This document shows, one piece after another, positions 12,768 through 26,630 of a stretch of DNA of 64,000 nt. A model generated the notes under the pieces. It saw only the letters and a program-made list of their open reading frames with translations. It was not told the DNA's origin and did no database searches. A program made the position numbers and the translations under genes. The DNA comes from Neoconidiobolus thromboides FSU 785 (taxonomy: Eukaryota > Fungi > Entomophthoromycota), in contig MU626344.1 in assembly GCA_025603075.1 (NCBI GenBank), positions 1 to 64,000 on the forward strand. Direction: 5' to 3'. Position 1 is the first letter of the stretch. Each line of letters starts with the position of its first letter.

Positions 12768-14381
12768 TTATTGTTTAATTACTTCCAACTCCTTCTCTAC
12801 CTCAAAGGTCGCTTCTTCTTCTTCTTTTGAGACATACCAATATTTTGCCATGATAACAAAAATAACATAGAAAAAAGTAGAGATAGCGACATAAATCCAC
12901 ATCTTGGTAGTAGATGCAATGTTTTTTAAGCCAATTTCTAATCCAAGTACACAATAATTACCAATAGCTGAGGTAATTAAAAATATTGAAGATGACGATG
13001 ATTTCATCTGTTTACCTACCTGTGTATAAGCAAATTGAAGACCAACTGGAGATACCATAGCTTCACCTAATGATAAAAGGATATATTGAGGAAGCTGAAT
13101 AGTACCGTTAATACATTGATTGCATGAGATAATTTTAGTGCCTTCTTTAATTTGAGATCCAGAATTAGCTTCTACATAATACTGAAGCGAAGTGGACAGA
13201 ATAAAAGTGAGAATCATAATAAGCCAGCCCCAGACCATACGAGTCAAAAGTGGCATTTTAATTCCTCTCTTCTCTAAGAATGGATAAAAAAAGTAGGACA
13301 TCAATGGAACGAAAATAATAATTAAAATTGAATTAACATTTGAGGAAGCTTCTGTTGGCAATGGAATGAACCACAAGAACTTTTGATTCATCATATCATA
13401 GTTATTTTGCCATTCGGTATTATTTTGATCATATAATAACCAGAAAAAAGATAATGGTAATAGCATAATCATTACTTTTATAAATAATCTAGTTTCTTCA
13501 ACCATACCTTTACCATATAAATCATCAGCAAATTCAAGCCAGTGTTTTTTAGCTGCTTTTTCTTCTTTAGATGCTTTGAAGTTACGATACCCAGCAACTA
13601 TTGCAGTTTTAAGCGCAACCCAAGGCATGAATCTACCTGTTGGTGGAACAACACGATAGTAACGGAAGCCAAAAATGAATAAGGCCAATGCAACTGCAAA
13701 AGCAATGGTTGGGATACCAAGAGCAAGGAAGTAGCAACTTGAACCAAAACAATAAGTGTAATCTTTTAAGTAAGGAGTAAGGTATTGTGAAACTAGAGCA
13801 CCGACATTGATACACACATAAAAAAGACTGAAGAATTTATCAAGTAAAGGTGCTTGTGTTGGTAAAAACTGATCACCGCCATGAGAAGATACACATGGTT
13901 TGATGCCCCCTGCGCCAATTGCAATGAGCAAACTTGGCACAATATAACTCCAGAAAGGGTAGCTCCCAAATTCACCAACTAAGCCATTTATAGAAAATGT
14001 TGCTAATAAAGCATTTCCGATTAAATAGATAAAAGACATATAAACAATAGTGTGATATTTTCCTAAGAACGAATCGGAGATAGCAGCACCAACAAATGGG
14101 AAAAGATATACTAATGCGTTGAATAAAGACACTTGTGCTTTTGCATAGTATTCTGGATACCCGTAAGCAGTTTGTAAATATTTGTTTAATAAATTCTTGA
14201 TACCATAGTAACAAAAACGCTCACATAGCTCATTTGGCACAATGAAATAAATGGCTTTTGGGAACTTATCATGGTTTGCCTCTAGTTTTACATCCAACTC
14301 CGCATTGAGAACGCGTTCTTGTTCTAATAATATTCTCTCTCTTTCAGTTAATTCTGACTCAAATGTCTCATTTTTTGACAT
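12768..14381 (-). CDS. POT/PTR2 oligopeptide transporter, paralogue 2 (intronless, 537 aa)
   Basis: NELCERFCYYG; GAGGIKPCVSSHGGDQF; FFWLLYDQ; LSLGEAMVSP. Confidence 0.96.
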   Translation of the reverse strand: MSKNETFESELTERERILLEQERVLNAELDVKLEANHDKFPKAIYFIVPNELCERFCYYGIKNLLNKYLQTAYGYPEYYAKAQVSLFNALVYLFPFVGAAISDSFLGKYHTIVYMSFIYLIGNALLATFSINGLVGEFGSYPFWSYIVPSLLIAIGAGGIKPCVSSHGGDQFLPTQAPLLDKFFSLFYVCINVGALVSQYLTPYLKDYTYCFGSSCYFLALGIPTIAFAVALALFIFGFRYYRVVPPTGRFMPWVALKTAIVAGYRNFKASKEEKAAKKHWLEFADDLYGKGMVEETRLFIKVMIMLLPLSFFWLLYDQNNTEWQNNYDMMNQKFLWFIPLPTEASSNVNSILIIIFVPLMSYFFYPFLEKRGIKMPLLTRMVWGWLIMILTFILSTSLQYYVEANSGSQIKEGTKIISCNQCINGTIQLPQYILLSLGEAMVSPVGLQFAYTQVGKQMKSSSSSIFLITSAIGNYCVLGLEIGLKNIASTTKMWIYVAISTFFYVIFVIMAKYWYVSKEEEEATFEVEKELEVIKQ

Positions 14382-14667
14382 CTTCGATAAAAAATTTTGT
14401 ACCTACAACTCCCATTTACCTCTGTTTTTATATCATTTTCATTCAATAGTAAATCTAATTAATACAATTTGAAATCGGATGAAAGGTTTTTTAATTTCCT
14501 TTTTTTGCAATTTTAACATTTAGAATATAAACTAAATTTTAATAAACACGATTATTTTTAGTAACTGTTTAAAATCCTAGTATTTTTGAAGGTATACTTA
14601 AGATGAATTAATTACTAGAGTATCTAATATCAGTCCCTAGCTTATTCGTTTCATACATATCTTTATA

Positions 14668-14893
14668 TTATCGTTTATAACAATACATCTTTAGATATGT
14701 TATACTTATCTAATTGATAATAGTGACATAGTTCAAAAATAAAAGGATTAACAAGCTGTAAATATTTAAACTAAAAATATAATTAATAAAGCTATCTTAT
14801 GATAACAAAATAGATTAAGTAAGATAAAAGTTTAAAGAAAGACAAGTTATGATAAAGCTGTTAATTTATAAATGTATCTTATGATAACAAAAT
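14668..14893. promoter_or_regulatory. Cluster of GATAA/TTATC motifs upstream of PTR2 paralogue 2 (putative nitrogen-responsive GATA-factor sites)
   Basis: Seven GATAA/TTATC at 14668, 14706, 14716, 14801, 14823, 14851 and 14883; includes a perfect 19-bp direct repeat TATCTTATGATAACAAAAT (14793 and 14875). Confidence 0.45.
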
Positions 14894-15077
14894 TCATTAA
14901 GTCAGAAAAACTATATTGAAACTCAAATTTATTTACTTTTGTTGCTTTATTATTTTCAATAATGAGCATATATATCACTTTATACAATTTATGAGTAGCA
15001 GCTTATGATCGTTATTTCCATCAACAGGGTAAAAAAAATTATGTTATTCTTTAATATGTTTATCATACAAAAGATAA

Positions 15078-15184
15078 ATATGGGAGTGTTTTTTTTGGCT
15101 TCATTACTTTTTCCACCTTTTAAGCGCTATTTGAGTGGAAAAGCTATTAGTAAAATTATTAAAGATAAAAATACATCCTCATAT
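15078..15184 (-). mobile_element. MITE copy 6
   Basis: ATAT/ATAT flanks; 99-bp body. Confidence 0.9.
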
Positions 15185-15231
15185 GTTAAATTGTACGGAT
15201 GAATTGTTATTTTTGATGACAGGGTTTTAAA

Positions 15232-15338
15232 TAATGAAGGTGTTTTTTTTGGTTTCATTACTTTTTCCATTTTTTAAGCCCTATTTGAGTGGAAAAATTA
15301 TTAGTAAAGTTCTTAAACATAAAAATATATCCCCTAAT
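15232..15338 (-). mobile_element. MITE copy 7
   Basis: 99-bp body flanked by TAAT/TAAT. Confidence 0.9.
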
Positions 15339-15563
15339 TATGTTCTATAATACAACTTCAATTAACCCTTTGAGTACCAAGTTTTTCAAAAAAAATTGTT
15401 TGGTTAGATCAGAATTTCTGATCAACTATTAGAGAATAATTTCTGCTTAGCCAAAGCTAAGTCAGGTAAATATAGTTCATGTTTTTTTAGTTTGAAATTA
15501 TATGCAATTAAGCTTATAATTTTATTATAATTTTAAAAAAATATTTAACTATGCTTGTTTATA

Positions 15564-15670
15564 ATATAAGGATGTATCTTTGTGTTTAAGAGCTTTACTA
15601 ATAATTTTTCCACTCAGATAGTGCTTAAAGAATGGAAAAAATAATGAAGCCAAAAAAAACATCCCCATAT
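15564..15670 (+). mobile_element. MITE copy 8
   Basis: ATAT/ATAT flanks; right end AAAAAAAACATCCCC. Confidence 0.9.
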
Positions 15671-16002
15671 TAGATAATTAATTTTAAATATAAGTAATTC
15701 AATGACTAAAAAACTATAAAAAAACTACAAAAATGACTTAAAAAACTTTTTATAAATCTAATTTTTATTATTTATATAATATAAAAATTTTAACAGCTAT
15801 TTATTTTTTATTGAATAAATGATATTTTTTATATTTAATAACAATAATAAAATCTATGCATTAAAGCAGGATCTAGCTGCTTATAATAATTAAGTTTTTA
15901 AATAATTTGTTATAGTTGTATAATTACTTTTAATAACAATGTTACTAAATTCATGTTAAACACTGATTTTATTTTATAACTAAAATTTAACTAACTTTTG
16001 CT

Positions 16003-16109
16003 ATATGGGGATGTGTTTTTGTGTTTAAGAATTTTACTAATAATTTTTCCACTAAAATGGTGCTTAGAAGATGGGAAAAGTAATGAAACTAAAAAAAACA
16101 CCCCCATAT
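16003..16109 (+). mobile_element. MITE copy 9 (close to consensus)
   Basis: ATAT-GGGGATGTGTTTTT...AAAAAAAACACCCCC-ATAT; body 16007-16105 is 99 bp. Confidence 0.92.
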
Positions 16110-16536
16110 AATAATTTTAAAAACAACGATATTTATACCTATAATCAACTTATTTTATAATACTATAATATTTACGTTTATTTAAATTATTTAAATAATT
16201 TAAATTTGACTTTATTAAATATTAAATCTCAAGAAAAATCATGTACATACAGTTTTGTCTAATACTATATTATAAATAAATATCAAGAAACCTTTAAATA
16301 CTATTTTAATAAATTTATACAAATATGTTTGTTTAGATACTAATACAAAATTTTCAATATTTAGGCTTAAAATACGAAAAATAGAAAAACGAAATACTTT
16401 TACTTGCCCAAAAAAAACTAACAAACCGTTTGAAAAGATTAACTATCTCAAACCAATCGTCAATAGCCAACAAGCCAAATGGAATTTTGACTTAACAAGT
16501 AAAAAAAATCAATTTCATCCCTATTTTTATAAAAAA

Positions 16537-17458
16537 ATGTCCACTTACGACAACCAAGCACACAGTGTCTTATTTGATAATAATGAAAATTATCAGCCAG
16601 ATGACCCAAATACTGGTTATTATGAACAAGAGTATCAACCTGAAGTTAGCTATCAAGGTTATGAACAATATCAAGATAATAGTTATATGCAACAAGAGTT
16701 TACTTATGAACAGGAATATCCAGTGGAAAGCAAAATAAGTATTTTGGCTGCTTTTGGATCCGGTGGACTCCCTGGTGAACCTCCGCTTTTGGAAGGTAAA
16801 TTATTGTTATATTTCATGATTTATATTTAATCTTTTTTATCAATGAATAGAATTGGGAATTAATTTTGAACATGTTAAAACGAAAGTAACGAATTTAAAT
16901 TAAGGATAGTAAATCAAATATTAATTAATTTTCAACTTTTAGACAGTAACTGTTTTAAACCCATTCAAAACAATCGATACTCATATGATGGACGATGCTG
17001 ATTTAGTTGGTCCTTTATTTTTTTGTTTATTATTGGGTTTTTCTACTATCTTTGTAAGTTAATTTCAACTCATTTAGTATAACATAAAAAATAACATTCA
17101 CAAATCTCAATAGTTGGGTAAGGTACAATTCGGTTATATATACGGAGTAGCTATGCTAGGTTGGATATCTATGTATGGAATATTAAATTTAATGAGTGAA
17201 CAAGGAGTCGATTTAATACGTACAGCATCCGTTTTAGGATATTGTTTATTACCGATTGTATTTTTAGGATTAATTGGTTTGGTTTTGGATTTAAACTCAA
17301 TTATTGGTGCTTTTTTAGCTCCAGTGATTATCACTTGGGCCACATACGCTGCTTCCACGATCTTTGTTACCGTGCTTCATATGCAAAACCAACGTCTACT
17401 TGTAGCTTATCCTATTGCTTTACTTTATACTTGTTTTTCTTTAATTACTATTTTTTAA
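16537..17458 (+). CDS. YIP1: Yip1/YIPF5 ER-Golgi trafficking protein, 4 exons
   Basis: EPPLLEELGINF; [10 protein letters not shown]; [10 protein letters not shown]; [10 protein letters not shown]; [13 protein letters not shown]. Confidence 0.95.
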
Positions 17459-17569
17459 AAGGAAAGTTTTATTAAAAATTTTATTTAAATAAGTTATAAA
17501 AGGGTAAAATAATAATGCTTAATTTAATAATAATATCTATTTAAATTTATTTTAAACTTTGTTTTTAAT

Positions 17570-18965
<1,396 letters not shown>

Positions 18966-19950
18966 TTTGATTATTGTTTAACTCTTCAATATTTCCAACC
19001 ATAATAATAAAAAACTTTTAAAAGCACAAGGGAGGTTATTTTCGTTTTATACTTATTCCCTGACTTTTGATTTTAATTTAAACTTCATTTTAAATTTTCG
19101 ATTCGATCCAAACGTTCTTTAAGTTCAGCTTGTATGATATTTATTAATTATTAGCTAATTAAGATTCATGATAAAGAATAGTTTTGAAAAGGCTAAATTT
19201 AGTAATCCATCTGCCAACTTTCTTATCAAGGAATCATTTTAAAAAAAACACCCCCACTACCCTTTTACATCCAATTATTTGCTTACTTCATCTTTTTTAC
19301 TTATTATTTACTCTTTAAGATAATTAATGATACCTCGTGGCTTTTAGTTCTTTTTTATAAAATAATTTTATGAATTTTGGGTGTTTAAAAACTGATTAAT
19401 TTTAATAACTTTCTAGTTAATTTAAACTTGATTCTCTAGCGGAGACCTTGCGGATATTGATATTGTTGTAACGATAAATGAAAGATTAAAATGATGTTTC
19501 ATAAGAGCAACACTTAAATCTTGAGTGAGTACTTTTTAAGAAGATTTTTTTAAATTTACTTGATTAATCATATGTAAATTTTTAAGTAGAAAATGTTGTA
19601 CTTTCAAAGCTACAAAATTATTAGAATTCCTTGGTATGATTTTTTAATCTGTCCATTTTTTCAATTCAAAATTTAAAAAAAATACTAGTTGAGATATAAA
19701 ATAAAAGAACATTTCTATCCACTTTATCGTAAAATTAACTAAAAGCCTGTACTGTTCTCATGATAACTGTACTCGAAAAATTTCCAATTTTTTCAAAACT
19801 AGATTTGAATTAACCCATTAAATATGACTTAACTTTTAAATTTATGGTTGCCCTTTACTATAGCCACATTAAGGTATCTCAATCAATAAATTAACTTAAA
19901 AATAACTGATAGTTAGTATTAGTTTTTGGTTTATTTTATTATTATTCAAT

Positions 19951-20057
19951 ATATGGGGATGTATTTTTGTATTTAAGAATTTTACCAACAAATTTTCCGC
20001 TTAAATGGCGCTTAGAAAATGGAAAAAATAATGAAGTAAAAAAAAACACTCTCATAT
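19951..20057 (+). mobile_element. MITE copy 10
   Basis: ATAT/ATAT flanks; both CpG sites intact. Confidence 0.9.
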
Positions 20058-20667
20058 TATAATATCGAATAGCTATTTTTTTACATAAATTTTGGCTCTT
20101 TACTTAAGCTATATATAAATATACATCACAACAGTTAATGTTTTAGTTTTCCAGTATTCTTTAGCATTATTTATATTAATAAAAGTTCAATTTTATCAGC
20201 ATTTAATCATTTCCTAAAACTTGATATCATTGGTTGAATAATGTTAGTGTGTTAGAAATTAAATTCAACTAAAAAGTTAATGAACTCTATGTTTAATACT
20301 TTATGGTCAAGCTGTAAAATGTTTCAACTCAACCAATGAAATCACTTTGATTGATTATTAATGAAAAAAAGAAGGGATAAACTTTAATCGAATATTAATA
20401 AAAATTATGATGTGGAGAAAAGATCGCTTTTCTGATCAATGTAATAGTTGATATGCTTTAAAACAAAACAAATTTTGTTATATTTCATTATATGATACAG
20501 TATAATTGTTACTTTTTTACATAATGATTTTGACTAAAGCAAATTTATAATATCTTTTTATAAACTATCATAAATATTAAATAATAAGAAACAATGAAAT
20601 CCATATTTTTTATCTATTGTATATTTTTCTATCTATTTATTACTTACTTATTACTTTCTTATAAATA

Positions 20668-22376
20668 TTATCTACAATTTTGTAAATAAGATAAAATAAT
20701 ACCATTAGCTACTGAAACATTTAATGAATCAATTAATCCTTGACCAAGTTTTGGTATATAAATTAATTCATCACATATGGATTGTATATTACTACTAATA
20801 CCATTACCTAATTGAAAATGTTAATTTTTATATAACTAAATGAATAAGACGAATTATTTTTTGAGCCTTTTTGCAATGATTTTGAAATAAGGAATTGAAA
20901 AATAGCAAAGTAATTTAAGGTGAAATGATAGAATCAGAATCTTTCTAAACTGATATAAAAAAATAAGTTCAATTTCATAATAAATTGAATAAATATGTAC
21001 GAATTAATTGTTCAAAAGCTTGGTTTCTCGTTAAAATCCAATATTATGTTTCACTAAAAAAGTAACATTGTCTTTTAAATATCATATCGAAAAATCCTTG
21101 GATCAAACCTTTCCCCTTTACTCACCAAAGCTACTTTGTCATTCCCTTATCTAAAATTATGCTTACAAACCCTTTCCCTTCCTTTATAAAAGAAAACCTT
21201 AAAGACTTACCTTCGGATCCCAACACCAACATCGTAGGTTTCTTAAAATTTCCTTTGTCCATTTCAAATAAACTATGACTATTATTTGATAAACAAGTAC
21301 CAACGATTGACCAATGATTCTTTTTACATTCATTTAAAAATTTGACTAAATTTCTACTTAAATAAGGTAAATTATATTCCAAAGTACCAGAGCTACATTT
21401 GTGTACTGTTGGATTAGGTTTGCAACTTTAAAAATAAAAGTTAATTAAAGGAATATTACGATGATTAAATTTTGTTTATTTTTGAAATTATTGAAAAAAT
21501 AAAAATAAATAGTACCTATCATCCTGACTTATTACTATACCACTAATATTAAAAAAACTAGCTGATCTAATAATTAAAATAGTTGATTTTATTAAATTCT
21601 ATATCTATTGATTGATTATTTCTTATTACCTTATAATAGCTCCCAAATTGTGTGGGTCATAAACTCTATCTAAAACTAGCCATAAAGGTCTTTGATTTTC
21701 GTTCTTTGTTAATGTTGTTTGTTTTAAGTCAATGGTATAACTGAAATAATAAAACAAAATAATAAAATATTAGTAAAATGAATTGTTATCATTTATAGCA
21801 AATTACCTATTATTTATCCCAACCTTACTCAACCCTTTTATGTTATTTAATTCTAATTTTTCACAATAAGCTATTATGCCCTAAAATCAAAATTCTATTA
21901 CTAATGAAACTTGCAATACAATTCATAAAAGTCTCATTTACCTGTGTTGGTACTTCTTTAATCATTTGATTCATTTCATTTCTAGAGCTTTCAATAACTC
22001 TAACTCCTTTTTTTTCACAAAATTCTCGAATCTCTTCTCTTTTATTCCTTCAAAATAAACTTTTATTATTATTATTATTATATAATTTTAGTGCTTTATG
22101 TTATATGTCATTGTTTTGTAATGAAGAGAATATTTGATAGCTTACTCAGTTTCTAATACTTGTTTCTTTTTTCGGATTGTTGTTGGTTCTGACTTTAATA
22201 AATAAACTTTGGATACATGTCTTTTAGAATTTGATATGGCAGAGATGACCGAATTATAACCGTAAAGGTATTCTATTTTATCATCAAAATGAAATTAATT
22301 AGCTGTTATTATATTATTATCCTATACTACCATAATTTAAATTGAGTTTATTTAGCAACCTTAAATTCTTGAACAT
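20668..22376 (-). CDS. MRM1: Mitochondrial rRNA 2'-O-methyltransferase (SpoU/TrmH family), multi-exon
   Basis: EYLYGYNSVISA; LWLVLDRVYDPHNLGAI; LVLGSEG|NGIS; DELIYIP; DSLNVSVANGIIL. Confidence 0.88.
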
Positions 22377-22505
22377 TTTTTTTAAAAAACTATAAAAAGA
22401 TCAAATCACGCTTAAACTTTAAGCCACAAGACTTGAAACCTAAACTCAAAAAAAAAATCCAAACCTTAGTATTTTTTACACTTTTACTTTATTTTTTTAA
22501 ACTTT

Positions 22506-25500
22506 ATGACCCCATATCAATTCTTAATTTATATACAATTCCTTTTACTCACTGTCACTTCCACTCAATCTCAAACTCATCTATCAACTTCTACCTCACC
22601 TTTATTAACTTCCATTGAGGATAAATGTCCCCCATGTTTCAATTGTATGTTAACTGATTTCAAGTGTTATAATTACGGTGTATGCAATCCTAATAATGGA
22701 TTATGTTCCTGCCCCATTGGTTTTGATGGCCAAGATTGCACCCTACCATTATGCGGTGCCCTTACGGATGGTGAAGAACGAAAAGGACGAGAAGGTAATT
22801 CTTCCTGCGACTGTAAACCAGGGTGGAAAGGAATTAATTGTAATTTATGTAATGAAGATAAAGTATGTGATTTAATGGTGCCACAAGGATTAAACGGTAC
22901 TTGTTATAAAGGTGGTATTGTGGTCAAAGAAAATCATCAAGTTTGTAAGGTAACGAATGAAAAAATAGTCGAAATGTTAGGAAGTAAAAAGGCAATGGTG
23001 ACCAAATCTTGTAATAGAAAAAAAGAGTCGTGTAACTTTCAGTTTTGGACGGATGAAAAAGAGTCTTTTGATTGTAAGTTTGAACAATGTCAATTTGAAG
23101 TCGAAGGAGAAGAAGGACAACAAAGTAGAGTTACAGGTTGTAAAAAGATAATGTGTGAATGTATACCTGGAAAGTTTTTATGTGGAGAAAATGGGAGTAT
23201 TGATATTTCGGATTTTTTGAGTCAGAAAATTAAAGGACCGGGTAAATTTAATTGTGATATAAACAATAAATGTAGATTTGAAGGTAATATTAATTTTAAT
23301 ACTGATATTGTTATTTTATTTTTATCTTATTTCTGTTTTAGAACCAGAAATGAACAATTTAATTCTAAGTATATTTGGGGATGATTATATATCATTAGAA
23401 TGTGAGTCATCCGAATGTATTCATTATTCAGAATTACCTGGATTAAAAGTAAGTTATAATAATTAAACAAAATAACAATATATAATAATAGACAAATCAT
23501 AATAGAAACCAATTAAAGAAGTAAATCGACTATTTATAAAATTAGCAGTGTGTAGTATAATAATATTCATGATATTATTAATAGTATCCTTTTATTATTT
23601 TTCTAAAAAAAAAGTAGACAATGATTATATGCCAATTGACTGGGATGATGAATCGGGTAAATTAATGGCTCATCATGTACCTACTACTTTATCATTTAAA
23701 GATATTTGTTATCAAATTGGTACTTATTATTTAATAACAGCATCATAATTATACTAATATTTTATCATTTTATCATTTATAGATGATAAAGATATTTTAA
23801 ATAATGTTCATGGTATTGCTAAACCTGGTCAAGTCATGGCTATTATGGGGGCATCAGGTAAATTTATTAAAAAATAAACCTTATTAAATAAAATGAATAA
23901 TAAATCAATTCAGGTGCAGGAAAGAGTACATTTTTAGATATTTTAGCTCGACGAAATAAAAGCGGTAGTATATCCGGGGAAATTTGTATCAACGGTCAGA
24001 TTTTAAGCAATAAAAAATTCCGCAAAATTGTTGGATTTGTCGATCAAGAAGATATACTAATGCCCACATTAACGGTTTATGAAACCATATTAAATTCTGC
24101 CTTATTAAGATTACCACGTGATATGTCTTTACAAGCCAAAAAATTAAGGGTACTAGAATGTATGAAAGAATTAAAAATATTGAAAATTAAAGATAATAAA
24201 ATTGGAAATAGTGAAATACGAGGTATTTCAGGAGGTGAAAAAAGAAGAGTATCAATTGCTTGTGAAATGGTAACATCACCATCCATATTATTTTTAGATG
24301 AACCCACTTCTGGTTTAGACGCTTATAATGCTCAAAATGTAATTGAATGTTTAGCTTCATTGGCTAAGAACTATCAAAGAACTATTTTATTTACAATTCA
24401 TCAACCAAGATCAAATATTTATTCTTTATTTGATCAACTGATTTTATTGGCTGATGGTTGGTTAGTTTATTCGGGTCATGCTCAATTAGCAGTAGAACAT
24501 TTTAATAAGTTGGGCTATCACTGTCCATTAGGTTATAACATTGCTGATTTTATTATTGATATTACACAAGACAATAATATTAATAAAAATAATAATAACA
24601 ATAATAATATAACTAATAATGATGGTGATGATGAGTATGAAGAATATGAAGATTATAATGATAACGAGTATGAAAATTATAATGATAATGAATATGAAGA
24701 TAATAATAATAATAATTATGAAAGTAACAACAACCCATGGTCACATAATCCAGCTAGTAGTCCAGGATTAGAACTACAAGGACCCATCTCCCCAATCAAT
24801 CATAATCAACCATATTTACTCGATGGAGGTATGCGTAAAGTATTGGCTGTATTAGTATTGGGATTTAAAAAATCCATTATGTCTAAAATACTACATGAAG
24901 AATTGGAAGAATTTCATGACAATAATCGACATGATACAATATCTATAAGTTCAGCAATGCCAATCACTTATAAAAAATCAAGTTTTTTAATGCAATTTAT
25001 GATATTAAGTAAAAGAACATTTAAAAATCTTTATAGAGACCCATTATTAATGTTAACTAATTATACAATTAGTATTGTATTGGCTGGTAAATAGAAATTA
25101 TATTTTTTAGTAATAATGTAATACTTAATTTTATATTAATATTAGGTTTATGTGGCTCTTTATATTATCAAGTAAGTGATGATATCCCTGGATTTCAAAA
25201 TCGAATGGGATTATTCTTTTTCATGTGTGCATTATTTGGTTTTTCATGTTTAACATCGATTCAAGTATTTCAAACAGAAAGAATTTTATTTATGAGAGAA
25301 AGGGCCAATGGTTATTATCTCCCAATTACTTATTTTTTATCCAAGATATTATTTGATATTTTACCACTAAGATTTATACCTCCTTTAATTATGGGGGTTA
25401 TTATTTATCCCATGGTTGGTTTAAATCCAGGAATGATTCATTTTGCATTGTTTCTGCTCACTTTAGTATTATTTAATTTAACTTGTGCAGCTATTTGTTT

Positions 25501-25873
25501 ATGTATTAGTATTTTTATACCAAGTATATCCCTAGCTAATTTAATTTGTTCACTTATAATGTTATTTTCAATGTTATTTTCAGGTTTATTTTTAAATGCA
25601 GTAACAATACCACCAATCTTGAATTTTTTGAAATATTTATCAGTATTTCACTATGCACTAGAAAGCCTTTTAGTTAATGAAATGCGATTTATGCAATTAA
25701 AAGATCGAAAATTTGGTTATGATATTGATATACCAGCAGCAACCATTCTATCCACATTTGGATTTGATGCATCTAAGTTTTGGTTTAATACAACTATGCT
25801 TGGTGTTATTGGTGCGGGTACCTTGATTTTAGCTTATATTGGATTACATTTTTTTTGCAAGGAGAAAAGATAA
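22506..25873 (+). CDS. ADP1: ABCG half-transporter with N-terminal EGF-like cysteine-rich luminal domain (Adp1 type)
   Basis: Signal peptide; CPPCFNC; EGF repeats; [12 protein letters not shown]; [12 protein letters not shown]; [11 protein letters not shown]; ABC2 membrane domain. Confidence 0.95.
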
Positions 25874-26630
25874 TAATATAAGGAAGGAAGTAGTAGCTTC
25901 TTTAATAAATCGAAAGTTGTTTTTTTTAATATGAGATTTAATTTGATTGCATAGGTTTAAATTTTGAATTTTTTTAAATGTATTTGTTTATTTCTGGTGA
26001 TAGAATGAGAGGGATGGGAATTAGTTTTTATATTTATTTATAATGAAAGAAAAAGAATGAAGTCGAAAGAATTATTGCACATAGTAAAAAAAAGTAAATT
26101 TATTTGTAAGAATATTTAGTTGAAGATATTGAATCAATAAGTGAATAAAATGAAGTATATCAATATTTAATAAAATGGAAAGGACATTCAGATGTTGATA
26201 ATACTTGGGAAAACGAGGTTAGTCTGTAAGTTGAAAAAGAAAATCAGTATCATAAAAAAGAAAGTCAAAGGAAAAAAGTAGATTATTAAAAAAGTAATTA
26301 GTATTAAAAAAACAAACCATTATTATTAAGTTTATTTAACTTGGTAAGTAAAAGAAATAAGTTTTTATTAAGAAATTTTTCATGTTGTCACTTAAGTTTA
26401 ATAATGAAAGAAATATATTTATATTAAAGAAAGTTAGGCAGATAGCCTGTTTAAAAGTAATTTAAATTTTGTTTATTACAATTGTTGATTATTGATTGTT
26501 TATTTTTATGTTATTAGTTATTTCAATTTTGTGAGTTTAATCTAGATATTCAAATTAAAGGTATAATATAATAATGTTACATATAAAGGTAAATATACAG
26601 TATAAAAAATAAAATATTAATTTATTTTAT

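Noticed and set aside
19241-19256. Solo MITE terminus AAAAAAAACACCCCC
   Set aside because: The upstream sequence does not match the element body, and it is too short to distinguish from chance
23584-23593. GTATCCTTTT as a U12 GT-AG donor in ADP1
   Set aside because: It lies in an open, in-frame transmembrane exon (IVSFYYF), and I found no matching U12 branch point
24575-24735. Asn/Asp/Glu-rich tract in ADP1 as an insertion element
   Set aside because: An in-frame low-complexity expansion in the NBD-TMD linker, ordinary for AT-rich genomes
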